Positions 20,001-29,865 of a stretch of DNA of 64,000 nt are shown piece by piece. Position numbers and translations under genes: made by a program. Origin of the DNA: an uncultured Christensenella sp. (lineage in GTDB: Bacteria > Bacillota > Clostridia > Christensenellales > UBA3700); the NCBI GenBank assembly GCA_910577845.1, contig CAJTNA010000006.1:6625-70624 (forward strand). Direction: 5' to 3'. Each line of letters opens with the position of its first letter. Position 1 is the stretch's first letter. The notes beneath the pieces were generated by a model, which saw only the letters and a program-made list of their open reading frames with translations, ran no database searches and was not told where the DNA came from.

Positions 20001-20864
20001 GTATTAGAGGTTCACTTGGGCTACGTTGCTAAAATGCTTAACTGGAAAGTTGAAACTCCAGTATTTGACGGAGCATCAGAGGACGATATTAAGAAATTGT
20101 TCATTGAAAATAATCTTAGCCCATCTGGTAAGATTAAGTTGTATGATGGTAGAACTGGTGAGGCGTTTGAAAATCCAGTTACCGTTGGATATATGTATAT
20201 GTTGAAACTTATTCACTTGGTTGATGATAAGATTCACGCAAGAGCTACTGGTTCTTACTCACTTGTTACTCAACAACCACTTGGCGGTAAAGCTCAATTT
20301 GGTGGTCAAAGATTTGGTGAGATGGAAATTTGGGCATTAGAGGCATATGGTGCATCACATATCTTGCAAGAAATTTTGACTGTTAAATCAGATGATATTG
20401 AGGGACGTACAAATATTTACAACTCTATCGTTAAAGGTAATGCAATTTGTGAGCCAGGTATACCAGAGGCATTTAAGGTATTGGTAAGAGAATTTAGGTC
20501 ACTATGTTTGGATGTTCGTACTTTGAATGACAATGGTGACGAAATCAGTATTGACACATACAGCTCTAAAGGTACATCAGTACCATACAGCGAGCCTAAG
20601 GAACTTCAAGAAGTTGATGTTATTGGTGGCGGAAGTGATGATTTGGATATATTTGGACTTGATAGTGATAATTCTTACAATATTGATGACTTCCAATTCG
20701 GTGATGATGACGATTTGTTTGGTTTTAGTAGCAGTGAAAGCAATGATACCAATAATGATGGTATGAATGCTGGGGACTTGTTTGATATCGGTAGTGAAAC
20801 TCACAACGATATTAACGCAGCAGAATTGTTTGATATCGGCACTGGTAGTGACGATAAAGAGTAA
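17037..20864 (+). CDS. rpoB: DNA-directed RNA polymerase subunit beta, with an extended acidic C-terminal tail
   Basis: 1275 aa. Many invariant RpoB segments ([31 protein letters not shown]). GGAG RBS. Confidence 0.97.
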   Translation: MSNFHKVKYGKTERVSFSSIKETIDIPYFIALQKDSYKNFLEKGIGEVLRDFSPVRDHAGRMELHFLDYYLDMNPKYSVKECKDRDATYAVPLRVKVRLIKKNADEVPYMIDTDVFMGEFPLMTDSGSFIINGAERVIVSQLVRSPGVYTTSQKDRNGVDRFDTTVIPNRGAWLEFKQDSNNILNVVVDRKRKLPATTFIRALGFGTDEDIFELFGDNQMLRDTMEKDIARNVDDAKIELFKKLKNGEVPTPEGVTELINNMFFDSKRYDTQRVGRYKFNKKLSLATRITGYVSASDVVSEDGEIFVKKGDTISEDVALNIQNAGINEVLLVNANGDGGVFKMIGNNTVDLTAFVDCNPEELGINERVYYPTLKQIMADKSGDELLQEIKDNAKELVIKHITMDDIIATMNINLAHASGFGVTDNIDHLANRRVRAVGELLQNQMRVGLVRLEKVIKERMSVTQDDNEQNAQSYINIKPVTSVIKEFFCSSQLSQFMDHHNPIAELTHKRKLSALGPGGLNRECASFEVRDVHHSHYGRMCPIETPEGQNIGLISSLATYAKVNKYGFIEAPYRKVDKEKGIVTDEVEYLQADEEDKYIVAQANVELNEDGSFKNKRVTCRIREDIREVDANLVDYMDVSPKQLVSVAAALIPFLENDDTSRALMGSNMQRQAVPLIKTEAPIIATGIEHRIAYDSGVCVLSEVDGVVSYVDGEKVVVTADDGSKKEYIMRKFERSNQGTCVNQRPIVTLGQRVNKGEIIADGPATSQGELALGKNILIGFMSWEGYNYEDAILISEDLVKDDVFTSVHIEEYEIESRDSKLGAEQITRDIPNLSDDMIKNLDEDGIIQVGSTVNSEDILVGKVTPKGETDLTPEDRLLRAMFGEKVRDVRDTSLRLPHGQKGIVVDVKVFTRANKDELSPGVNMKVVVYVAQKRKLGVGDKMAGRHGNKGVVSRVLPKEDMPFMEDGTPLQIVLNPLGVPSRMNIGQVLEVHLGYVAKMLNWKVETPVFDGASEDDIKKLFIENNLSPSGKIKLYDGRTGEAFENPVTVGYMYMLKLIHLVDDKIHARATGSYSLVTQQPLGGKAQFGGQRFGEMEIWALEAYGASHILQEILTVKSDDIEGRTNIYNSIVKGNAICEPGIPEAFKVLVREFRSLCLDVRTLNDNGDEISIDTYSSKGTSVPYSEPKELQEVDVIGGGSDDLDIFGLDSDNSYNIDDFQFGDDDDLFGFSSSESNDTNNDGMNAGDLFDIGSETHNDINAAELFDIGTGSDDKE

Positions 20865-20876
20865 TGGAGGTAAATA

Positions 20877-23800
20877 ATGTTTGAATTAAATAATTTTAGT
20901 TCTATCCAAATAGGAGTTGCATCTCCAGATAAGATTAGAAGTTGGTCTAAAGGTGAAGTAGTTAATGCGGAAACTATTAACTACAGAACGCAAAAGCCAG
21001 AAAAAGGCGGACTTTTCTGCGAGGTTATTTTTGGACCATCACGCAGTTGGGAGTGTGCTTGCGGTAAATATAAAAAGAAAAATGAGGGTACTGTTTGTGA
21101 CAGATGCGGTGTTTTGGTAACAGATAGTAAAGTTCGCCGTGAAAGAATGGGTCACATTGAACTTGCAGCACCAGTATCACACATATGGTATTACAAAGGA
21201 ACACCTAGCTCAATCGGTTTGTGCTTGGATATTCCAATTAAGGACTTGGATAGTGTATTATACTTCTCAAGATTTATAGTTATTGACCCGGGTACAACTG
21301 ACTTTGTATACAAACAAACTATCAATGACCAAGAGTATCGTGACGCTCAAGAAAAATATGGTAGAGATAGCTTTAAAGCAATGATGGGTGCTGAGGCAGT
21401 TAAGGAATTGTTAAAGCAACTTGATTTGGAAAAAGAGGCTGAAAAGTTAAAACAAGAGGTAGCAAAAAGCGAAGGTGCTAAAAAAATCAAAGCATCTAAG
21501 AGATTGGATATCATTGAATCATTTAGAATTAGTGGTAACCGCCCAGAATGGATGATTTTGGACGTTATTCCAGTGCTTCCACCAGAGCTAAGGCCAATGG
21601 TTCCACTTGATGGTGGTAGGTATGCTACATCTGACTTGAATGATTTGTACAGAAGAGTTATCACTCGTAATAAGCGTTTGAAAAAGCTTATTGAATATGG
21701 CTCACCTGACATTATCGTTAGAAATGAAAAGAGAATGTTGCAAGAGGCTGTTGACGCTTTGTTTGACAACGGCAGAAGAGGTAAGGCTGTAACTGGTCCA
21801 GGTGGACGTGAACTTAAGTCTTTAACTGGTATGCTAAAAGGTAAACAAGGTCGTTTCCGTCAAAACTTGCTAGGTAAGCGTGTTGACTATTCTGGACGTT
21901 CAGTTATTGTAGTAGGACCAGAATTGAAAATGTATCAATGCGGTTTGCCAAAGGAAATGGCTTTGGAATTATTCAAACCATTTGTAATCAAAAAGCTTGT
22001 TGAGTTAAACTATTGTTTGAATATAAGAATTGCAAGAAAGTACATAATGAAAGGTACTGATGAGGTTTGGAATATCTTAGAGGATGTTATTAAAGACCAC
22101 CCAGTACTACTAAATCGTGCTCCAACATTGCACAGACTTGGTATTCAAGCTTTCGAGCCAGTTTTGGTTGAGGGTAGAGCTATTAAGTTGCACCCACTTG
22201 CTTGCGGTGCGTTCAATGCGGACTTCGATGGTGACCAAATGGCGGTGCACGTACCACTAAGTTTGGAAGCTCAAGCTGAAGCTAGATTCCTAATGCTTGC
22301 AACTAATAACATTTTGAAATTGTCAGATGGTAACCCAATCGTGTCACCTTCTCAAGATATGGTTATCGGTTCATATTATTTGACAATTCAAAAAGATGCT
22401 ATTACTATTGATGAGAATAATAACGAAGTTAGAATTGATTCTGATGAATATTGGAAAAACCCAGAAAAGTATCATTTAAAGAGCTACCATAGCTTTAATG
22501 AGGCTTTAATGGCTTACCAATTGAAAGAAATTGGTTTGCAAGATGTAGTAAGTATTCGTGTTTCTTGCCAAAAAGAACTTGAGATAAATGGTCATAAATA
22601 TACTAACACTTATCAAAAGAATATTCATACATCTGTTGGTAGATTTATCTTTAACGAGGCAATTCCTCAAGATTTGAACTTCGTTAAACGTTATGACCCA
22701 ACTTTGCCTATTAGCAATGACAATCGTCCAGAATTGGATTTGGATTTGGAGATTGACTTCTTAGTTGGAAAGAGCCAATTATCTAAAATCGTTGATGCTT
22801 GCTTTAAATACAAAGGTGCAACTGAAACATCTGTTGTATTGGATAAAATTAAGGCTCAAGGTTACAAATATTCTACTATTGGTGCAATCACAACATCTGT
22901 ATTTGATATGCATATTCCAAAAGAGAAATATGACATCGTTAAGGATACAGAGCAAATCGTTTTGGATATTGAAAAGAAATTCCGTCGTGGTTTGCTTACT
23001 GAGGACGATAGATATAATCAAGTTATTCAAGCTTGGACAGACGCTAAGAAAAAGGTTGACAAAATTTTGGAAGCAGGACTTGGTAAGTTCAATCCAATTT
23101 ATATGATGGCTCACTCTGGTGCCCGTGGTAGTATGAGACAGATTTCTCAGCTTTGCGGTATGCGTGGTTTGGTTGCTGACCCATCTGGTAAAACAGTTGA
23201 GTTGCCAGTTAAGGCAAACTATCGTGAAGGCTTGTCAGTACTAGAGTACTTCATATCTTCTCACGGTGGACGTAAAGGTCTTGCAGATACAGCACTTAAG
23301 ACAGCCGACTCTGGTTATTTGACCCGTCGTTTGGTTGACGTTGCACAAGATTGCATAGTTAATGAGGACGATTGTGGTGATACTAAGGGCTTCGTAGTAA
23401 CTGCAATTCTTGGTGCAGATAGTGATAAACCACTAGAGGGCATTGGGGACAGAATTAAAGGTCGTTATTGTATGGATGATATCATTCACCCAGAAACCGG
23501 TGAGATTTTGGTTAAAGCAGATACTTTACTTAATGCAGAGCAAGCTAAAATGGTTGAGGTTGCAGGCGTTAAAGCTGTTCGTATTAGAAGTGCTTTGTCT
23601 TGTAAGTCAAAACAAGGTGTTTGTGCAAAATGCTATGGTGCAAATATGGCATCTGGTAATATTGTAAAACTTGGTGAAGCTGTTGGCGTTATCGCTGCTC
23701 AATCAATTGGTGAGCCAGGTACACAGCTTACAATGAGAACATTCCACACTGGTGGTGTTGCTACAGCCGATGATATTACACAAGGTTTGCCACGTGTAGA

Positions 23801-24587
23801 AGAGTTATTCGAAGTTAGAAGACCAAAAGGTGAGGCTATCCTTTCAGACATTCAAGGTACTGTAAACCACGATAAAGATAACAGAATCATTACTATTACT
23901 TCTGATACTAATGATGTTAAAGAGTATAAGTATAACTATGGTCAAACTGTTATTGTTAAGAGTGGTGAAAAAGTTGAGGCTGGTACATCACTTACAAAAG
24001 GTTCAGTATATCCACAAGATATGTTAAGAACACGTGGTGTAAAAGGCGTTCAAGAGTACTTGATTAAAGAGGTTCAATCAGCTTACTGCTCATCTGGTGT
24101 TCACATCAATGATAAACATACTGAAATTATCATTAGACAAATGCTAAGAAAAGTTAAGATTGAAACACAAGGCGATACTAATATGCTACCAGGTGATATG
24201 TATGATATCTTTACTTATGAGGAAAATAATGAAAAGACTTTGCAAGCAGGTGGAAGACCAGCAACTGCAAAACGTACTTTGCTAGGTATCACTAAAGCAA
24301 GTTTGGCAGCTGAATCATTCTTGTCAGCAGCATCATTCCAAGAAACATCAAGGGTATTGACTTCTGCTGCAATTAAGAACAAAGTTGACAACTTAGTTGG
24401 CTTGAAAGAAAATGTTATTTTAGGTAAATTAATTCCAGCAGGTACTGGTATGAAATGTTATCAAAATATTGATGCAAACTTATATCAAAACCAAGAAATG
24501 GAAATTTACGAAACTGGTGAACACGTAGACAAATTCAACTTTGATAGTGATGATGATATGTTTTCACTTGGCATAGACGAAGACTAA
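20877..24587 (+). CDS. rpoC: DNA-directed RNA polymerase subunit beta'
   Basis: 1236 aa. NADFDGDQM catalytic motif. Zn-binding CxC..CxxC near the N-terminus. Sits 12 nt after rpoB. Confidence 0.97.
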   Translation: MFELNNFSSIQIGVASPDKIRSWSKGEVVNAETINYRTQKPEKGGLFCEVIFGPSRSWECACGKYKKKNEGTVCDRCGVLVTDSKVRRERMGHIELAAPVSHIWYYKGTPSSIGLCLDIPIKDLDSVLYFSRFIVIDPGTTDFVYKQTINDQEYRDAQEKYGRDSFKAMMGAEAVKELLKQLDLEKEAEKLKQEVAKSEGAKKIKASKRLDIIESFRISGNRPEWMILDVIPVLPPELRPMVPLDGGRYATSDLNDLYRRVITRNKRLKKLIEYGSPDIIVRNEKRMLQEAVDALFDNGRRGKAVTGPGGRELKSLTGMLKGKQGRFRQNLLGKRVDYSGRSVIVVGPELKMYQCGLPKEMALELFKPFVIKKLVELNYCLNIRIARKYIMKGTDEVWNILEDVIKDHPVLLNRAPTLHRLGIQAFEPVLVEGRAIKLHPLACGAFNADFDGDQMAVHVPLSLEAQAEARFLMLATNNILKLSDGNPIVSPSQDMVIGSYYLTIQKDAITIDENNNEVRIDSDEYWKNPEKYHLKSYHSFNEALMAYQLKEIGLQDVVSIRVSCQKELEINGHKYTNTYQKNIHTSVGRFIFNEAIPQDLNFVKRYDPTLPISNDNRPELDLDLEIDFLVGKSQLSKIVDACFKYKGATETSVVLDKIKAQGYKYSTIGAITTSVFDMHIPKEKYDIVKDTEQIVLDIEKKFRRGLLTEDDRYNQVIQAWTDAKKKVDKILEAGLGKFNPIYMMAHSGARGSMRQISQLCGMRGLVADPSGKTVELPVKANYREGLSVLEYFISSHGGRKGLADTALKTADSGYLTRRLVDVAQDCIVNEDDCGDTKGFVVTAILGADSDKPLEGIGDRIKGRYCMDDIIHPETGEILVKADTLLNAEQAKMVEVAGVKAVRIRSALSCKSKQGVCAKCYGANMASGNIVKLGEAVGVIAAQSIGEPGTQLTMRTFHTGGVATADDITQGLPRVEELFEVRRPKGEAILSDIQGTVNHDKDNRIITITSDTNDVKEYKYNYGQTVIVKSGEKVEAGTSLTKGSVYPQDMLRTRGVKGVQEYLIKEVQSAYCSSGVHINDKHTEIIIRQMLRKVKIETQGDTNMLPGDMYDIFTYEENNEKTLQAGGRPATAKRTLLGITKASLAAESFLSAASFQETSRVLTSAAIKNKVDNLVGLKENVILGKLIPAGTGMKCYQNIDANLYQNQEMEIYETGEHVDKFNFDSDDDMFSLGIDED

Positions 24588-24600
24588 AAAATTGAATACT

Positions 24601-24737
24601 TTCTATTATGAGTTGTAGGAGGGAACGGACCCGTAGATTGCACAGCAACCTAATATTAAGGTGCTAAATTCCGCAAGACAAATGTCTTGACAGATAGAAT
24701 CTCAAAAAGGCTACTCTGTCAACGGGGTAGCCTTTTT
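24601..24737 (+). promoter_or_regulatory. SAM-I (S-box) riboswitch with an intrinsic terminator expression platform
   Basis: Aptamer 24601-24699 has the S-box conserved blocks: P1 TTCTAT../..ATAGAA, GGAGGGA, GGACCC, GCAACC, GGTGCTAAATTCC. Terminator stem GGCTAC / GTAGCC (24709-24732) plus TTTTT. Confidence 0.85.
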
Positions 24738-25156
24738 AAAATATTCCTCGCAATTTAATAAATGCAATTTAAAAATTGTTAATTGATATATTAAATACTA
24801 ATTTGAAAACATTGATTGTAATAAACAATATTGCTATTATTGTAAATGTTGTTCAAAGGCATTAATGCGTGCAATAAGTATTGACAAAATATTGAAGTTT
24901 AATTAAATTATAAATTTGTAATGATATTGCATATACCTGCATTACTACCAGTATTAATTTTAACTTACTATACCACAAATTTAGCTTTGCCTAGTTTGTT
25001 TTGCAATGTTCAATTGTATTTTATGGTTTAAATGGAAAGTTTTTATATTATAAAACATATGCAAAAATTAATTGAGTGATAGATTACTACATTGTTTTGT
25101 TTTCTATTTAACACAATACTTTATTATAAGTGGATAATAAAATAAAGTAAATATCT

Positions 25157-25175
25157 ATCAAAAATCGATACTAAA
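25157..25175 (+). repeat. copy of the recurrent motif upstream of metK
   Basis: ATCAAAAATCGATACTAAA, ending 23 nt before the metK ATG. Confidence 0.7.
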
Positions 25176-25198
25176 TAAAAAATTAAGGAGAAATACTT

Positions 25199-26383
25199 AT
25201 GAATAAGAGATTATTTACCAGTGAAAGTGTAACAGAGGGACACCCAGATAAAGTATGTGATAAAATATCAGACAGCGTGTTAGATGCAATACTTGCCCAA
25301 GACAAAATGGCGAGAGTAGCTTGCGAAACTTGTTGTAATACTGGTTTTGTTATGGTAATGGGCGAGATAACTACAACGGCGGTTGTGGATATTCCAGCTA
25401 TTGTAAGAAAGGCAGTTTGCGATATTGGATATACAAGCAGTGAAATTGGTTTTGACGGCAATACATGTGCTGTTATGACAAGTATTGATAAACAATCTGC
25501 AGATATTGCCCTTGGTGTAGATAATAGCTTGGAGAAAAAGGCTGGTGGAGATGATTATGATAAAAATGGTGCAGGAGACCAAGGTATGATGTTTGGTTAT
25601 GCAACCAATGAAACAGATAGCTTTATGCCTATGCCAATTCATTTAGCACACAAGTTGACTGCAAGATTAACTGAGGTCAGAAAGAATGGCACTTTAAAAT
25701 ATTTAAGACCAGACGGAAAAGCTCAAGTTACTATTGAGTATGTTGACGATAAGCCAAGCAGAGTAGATGCGATTGTGCTATCAACACAACATTCGGCTGA
25801 TATTGATATGGAAAAATTGCGTGCTGATGTTAAAAAACAAATTATTGATGTTGTTATTCCTAAAAGTCTAGTAGATAAGGACACTAAATACTTTATTAAC
25901 CCTACTGGCAGATTTGTTATTGGCGGACCACAAGGTGATAGTGGACTTACTGGTAGAAAGATTATTGTTGATACATATGGCGGATATTGTCCTCACGGTG
26001 GTGGAGCTTTCAGTGGTAAAGACCCTACAAAAGTGGATAGGTCAGCTTGCTATATGGCAAGACATATTTGTAAAAATATTGTTGCAAGTGGAATTGCGGA
26101 CAAATGTCAGTTAGATGTTGCATATGCAATTGGTGTTGCAAAACCAGTATCTGTACAAGTAAACACTTTTGGCTCAAGTAAATATTCTAATGAGCAAATT
26201 TTACAAATAATAAATCAAGTGTTTGACTTAAGACCAAGTGCGTTAATTGATTATTTGGAATTAAGAAATCCTATATATGCTAATTCATCTAACTATGGAC
26301 ACTTTGGACGTGATGGCTTTAGTTGGGAAAAGACAAATAAAGCGTTAACAATTAAAGAACTTGCTAATAAATTGTTTGATTAA
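25199..26383 (+). CDS. metK: S-adenosylmethionine synthase
   Basis: 394 aa. N-terminus [16 protein letters not shown]. Motifs [12 protein letters not shown] and [25 protein letters not shown]. Confidence 0.95.
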   Translation: MNKRLFTSESVTEGHPDKVCDKISDSVLDAILAQDKMARVACETCCNTGFVMVMGEITTTAVVDIPAIVRKAVCDIGYTSSEIGFDGNTCAVMTSIDKQSADIALGVDNSLEKKAGGDDYDKNGAGDQGMMFGYATNETDSFMPMPIHLAHKLTARLTEVRKNGTLKYLRPDGKAQVTIEYVDDKPSRVDAIVLSTQHSADIDMEKLRADVKKQIIDVVIPKSLVDKDTKYFINPTGRFVIGGPQGDSGLTGRKIIVDTYGGYCPHGGGAFSGKDPTKVDRSACYMARHICKNIVASGIADKCQLDVAYAIGVAKPVSVQVNTFGSSKYSNEQILQIINQVFDLRPSALIDYLELRNPIYANSSNYGHFGRDGFSWEKTNKALTIKELANKLFD

Positions 26384-26406
26384 TTTGTTTAATTTTTTAA
26401 AAATCT

Positions 26407-26425
26407 GTCAAAAATCGGTACTATT
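26407..26425 (+). repeat. copy of the recurrent motif upstream of recD2
   Basis: GTCAAAAATCGGTACTATT, ending 9 nt before the ATG at 26435. Confidence 0.7.
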
Positions 26426-26434
26426 TGGTGAAAA

Positions 26435-28654
26435 ATGATTGTAAAAGGAACGGTAGAAAGAATTATATATCGCAATAACGACAATGGATATTGCGTGTTT
26501 AACATCAGTGATTCTGTAATCAGTCTCACTGCTGTTGGTATTGTTCCGCCGATTAGCGAAGGTGAAGTTGTGGAACTTGATGGTGAAATGATTGCTAACT
26601 CAAAATATGGTGAGCAATTGAAAATCAACTATATCAAAGTTTGTTTGCCGGATAGCGAGGATAGTATTATTAAATATCTGGGCAGTGGTTTGTTTAAGGG
26701 AATAGGTGAGGTTACAGCAAGTAACATAGTCAAAATGTTTGGCACACAATCTTTTGATATAATTGAAAAAGCACCTGCAAAACTAACAAAGGTTAAGGGG
26801 ATTAGCTTAAACAAGGCTATGCAGTTAAATCAAGGTTTTATTGAACTTAAAGATATGCAAAATATTATTGTTGGTATGCAAAAGTTGGATATATCTCTTA
26901 ACCTAGCTCTTAAAATTTATAAAGTGTATGGTGCAAATACTCTAAATGTTTTAAATGAGAACCCTTATAAACTTGTTGAAGATGTGGACGGAGTCGGATT
27001 TATTACGGCGGATAGAATTGCAAGCGAAACTGGCATTAAGCCAGATAGTGAATATAGAGTTCGAGCGGGTATAATTTACACGTTAAAACAAGCGTCTAGC
27101 AATAATGGACACACTTATTTGCCTAAGGAAAATTTATCTGTCGCAGTGTTTAAACTACTAAATTTAGATAATGGATATTATATTGACTTGTTTGAAAGTG
27201 TAATTGAAACTTTGGAGCTTTGTGGTAGTATTGTAGTTTTAGAAAACTATAATTGTACAATAATTATGTTCAATAAATATTATTTGCTAGAACGTAAGAT
27301 TGCACAGCGATTGATTGCTTTAAATAATCAACAGACAGTACTTGATACAGATGTTAGGGCGGATATTAGTGAGTTTGAGGCAATTAATGGCTTAAAGATG
27401 CACGAAAACCAAATAAAGGCAATAGAAAATGCTATTCGTTATGGTGTAAACATTATAACTGGTGGACCAGGAACAGGAAAAACGACAATAATTAAATGTA
27501 TATTGCATATTTTTAAAAAATTGCATTTAAATGTACAACTTTGTGCACCTACGGGCAGAGCTTCAAAAAGACTTGGTGAAGCTTGTGGTGAGCCTGCAAA
27601 AACCATACATCGTTTGCTTGACTTGGATTTTAAAAATGGCAGAGGGTATTTTACTTATTCAGACGATACACAACTTGAGGCTGATGTTATTATTGTAGAT
27701 GAGGTCAGTATGTGTGACGAATATGTCTTTAGTGCGTTGCTAAGTGCTATTAAGTATGGTGGCAGATTGATTGTGGTCGGTGATAAAGACCAGTTGCCGT
27801 CAGTCGGTGCTGGTAATATTTTGGGTGACATTATTGCTTTTAGAAAATTGCCAATAAGTTACCTAACATATATCTATCGTCAAGACAACCAAAGTATGAT
27901 TGTTGAAAATGCACATAGGATAAATAATGGAGAAATGCCAGTTATCCAAAATGCGGATAGTGACTTTTTATATTCAAATATCAAAGGGCAAGAGAATATT
28001 GCAAACGCAGTAGTTGATATGGTAAGTAGAAGAATACCTAATTATATGAAAGTTGAACCAAAGGATATACAAGTGCTTTGTCCATTAAAAAAAGGTGCTA
28101 GTGGTGTAAATAATCTTAATGTGGTTTTACAACAATCTATCAATCCACCAGCTACTCATAAAAAAGAAATTAAGGTTGGCGAACATATTTATAGGCAGTT
28201 TGATAAAGTAATTCACGTTGTCAATAACTATGACTTAGAGTGGACTCGTGGTGACGAAACTGGTATTGGTGTTTTTAATGGTGATATAGGCATTATAGTA
28301 GATGTTGATGTGGTTAATGGTAAACTTAAGGTTGAATTTGAGGATGAGAGAGTTGCCACATATACACGTGATGTTTTTGACCAACTCTTACTTGCGTATA
28401 GTATAAGCGTTCACAAATCTCAAGGTAGTGAATTTGGTATTGTAGTTATAGTTTTAATGGGGGGCAGTTATACTTTAATGACAAGAAACTTATTGTACAC
28501 TGCTGTGACAAGAGCTAAAAAAATGAGTGTAATAGTTGGTGACGATAAACATTTATATGCAATGGTGCATAACAATTATACAGCAAAAAGATATACCCTT
28601 TTAACTCAAATGTTAGAGGAAGAAAACGAAAGACAAAATTTGAAAAACATATAA
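26435..28654 (+). CDS. recD2: SF1B ATP-dependent RecD-like DNA helicase (RecD2)
   Basis: 739 aa. N-terminal GTVERIIYRNNDNGYCVF fold typical of RecD2. Walker A GGPGTGKTT. Also DEVSM and helicase C-terminal motifs (VHKSQGSEF, LLYTAVTRAKK). Confidence 0.85.
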   Translation: MIVKGTVERIIYRNNDNGYCVFNISDSVISLTAVGIVPPISEGEVVELDGEMIANSKYGEQLKINYIKVCLPDSEDSIIKYLGSGLFKGIGEVTASNIVKMFGTQSFDIIEKAPAKLTKVKGISLNKAMQLNQGFIELKDMQNIIVGMQKLDISLNLALKIYKVYGANTLNVLNENPYKLVEDVDGVGFITADRIASETGIKPDSEYRVRAGIIYTLKQASSNNGHTYLPKENLSVAVFKLLNLDNGYYIDLFESVIETLELCGSIVVLENYNCTIIMFNKYYLLERKIAQRLIALNNQQTVLDTDVRADISEFEAINGLKMHENQIKAIENAIRYGVNIITGGPGTGKTTIIKCILHIFKKLHLNVQLCAPTGRASKRLGEACGEPAKTIHRLLDLDFKNGRGYFTYSDDTQLEADVIIVDEVSMCDEYVFSALLSAIKYGGRLIVVGDKDQLPSVGAGNILGDIIAFRKLPISYLTYIYRQDNQSMIVENAHRINNGEMPVIQNADSDFLYSNIKGQENIANAVVDMVSRRIPNYMKVEPKDIQVLCPLKKGASGVNNLNVVLQQSINPPATHKKEIKVGEHIYRQFDKVIHVVNNYDLEWTRGDETGIGVFNGDIGIIVDVDVVNGKLKVEFEDERVATYTRDVFDQLLLAYSISVHKSQGSEFGIVVIVLMGGSYTLMTRNLLYTAVTRAKKMSVIVGDDKHLYAMVHNNYTAKRYTLLTQMLEEENERQNLKNI

Positions 28655-28660
28655 AAAATT

Positions 28661-29557
28661 ATGAAAACACGTCAAAAATCGTTATTAAAACGCAAAAAAG
28701 ATAATAAAATACCTAATTTAAAAGATAAGTTTAAGGATAAAATTAAATTGCTATATGACAAGATTAAAATTGTGTTTGCAAATAGCATATATCCCGATGA
28801 TTGCAATTGTATTATTTGCGATAAAGAGATTGTGCGTGGTGCAAAATATGGTTTGTGTGAGGATTGTTACAATAAGTTGCCTAAGTTTGAAAGGCATTGT
28901 ATTACTTGTGGCATTCCAATGGATAATGAAGCAATGCTATGCTTGAGATGTCAAAACAATAAAAGATATTTTGATTTTGCCCGTAGTTGTTTTGTGTATG
29001 AAAACGATTTAAAAAAGCTAGTACTTAAATTAAAGTTTTACAATGGTAAATGGGTAGCAAAATATCTTGCTCAAATGATGTATGATAAACTTGATGAAAA
29101 CGATTTGTGTGTTGATGTAGTTGTACCTGTACCTATTTCAGATAAGAGATTAAAGGAAAGGGGGTACAATCAATCTGCACTGCTTGCAAGACCAATTGCC
29201 GAAAAGCTAGGTGTTCCATTAGTTGAGGACGCAGTAATTAAATTTAAAGATATAACTCAACAGACAAAACTTACTGGTAAGCAAAGGTGCGATAATGTTG
29301 TTGGAGCGTACAAGGTTCAAAACAGAAGAGGTGTAAGTGGAAAGATGGTTTTGCTTATTGATGATATTTTAACTACTGGTAGCACAATGAATGAGGTTGC
29401 AAGGCAATTAAAGATTGCCGGTGCAAGTGTGGTTTATGGTTTGGTTGTGGCAAGTCCACGTTATATGGTGTTTGGTGAAAGCCTTGATAAACAAGACCAA
29501 AATGTAAATACGATTTTTAGCATTGACGAGAGTATAAAAATACCTGAATTAAATTAA
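28661..29557 (+). CDS. comF: ComF family protein (ComFC-like phosphoribosyltransferase-domain protein)
   Basis: 298 aa as tracked. Double CxxC zinc motifs. RGYNQSALLA and the PRT motif VLLIDDILTTGST. The Lys-rich first ~30 codons contain a motif copy, so the true start may be the in-frame TTG at 28748 (AAGGA 10 nt upstream). Confidence 0.75.
   Translation: MKTRQKSLLKRKKDNKIPNLKDKFKDKIKLLYDKIKIVFANSIYPDDCNCIICDKEIVRGAKYGLCEDCYNKLPKFERHCITCGIPMDNEAMLCLRCQNNKRYFDFARSCFVYENDLKKLVLKLKFYNGKWVAKYLAQMMYDKLDENDLCVDVVVPVPISDKRLKERGYNQSALLARPIAEKLGVPLVEDAVIKFKDITQQTKLTGKQRCDNVVGAYKVQNRRGVSGKMVLLIDDILTTGSTMNEVARQLKIAGASVVYGLVVASPRYMVFGESLDKQDQNVNTIFSIDESIKIPELN
28671..28689 (+). repeat. degenerate copy of the recurrent motif at the comF 5' end
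   Basis: GTCAAAAATCGTTATTAAA, preceded by ATGAAA 17 nt upstream of TATTAA. Confidence 0.5.
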
Positions 29558-29746
29558 ATTTAATAATTGTATGTGTATTGGGGTTAAAATGAAGGAAAAA
29601 TTTATAAATAAATTAACTGGTGATAAATAGTATTTATTAATTGCAATGACATAAAGAATTATAATGTTTATATGTCGAATATTGTCAAACATTTTTAATA
29701 AACACTATAAATATATATAATTTTAATTATACAATTTATACGATTA

Positions 29747-29775
29747 TTGACATATGGTAAAATTTGGTGTAAAAT
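29747..29775 (+). promoter_or_regulatory. sigma-A type promoter for secA
   Basis: TTGACA (29747-29752), 17-nt spacer ending in TG, TAAAAT (29770-29775). Confidence 0.5.
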
Positions 29776-29865
29776 AAAAGTGTTTGCAATGATATGTATT
29801 TTGCAAAAATTATTTTAATGTTGCTAGCAATTGCTAAATTTAACAACATTAAAAAAGAGAAGAAT

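Noticed and set aside
17492-24587. Numerous 60-140-aa ORFs antisense to or overlapping rpoB and rpoC. Similar shadow ORFs occur inside secD, fhs, glnS, metK, secA, fusA, tuf, trpB and the P-type ATPase gene.
   Set aside because: They lie entirely within strongly supported conserved genes. They have Ser/Leu/Ile-rich shadow-frame composition and lack RBSs.
29794-29865. The tracked SecA start at 29794 adds a 24-residue hydrophobic N-extension (MYFAKIILMLLAIAKF...).
   Set aside because: The canonical SecA N-terminus (MGLFSKLF) begins at the internal ATG 29866. The predicted promoter -10 (29770-29775) would place the TSS at or after 29794.
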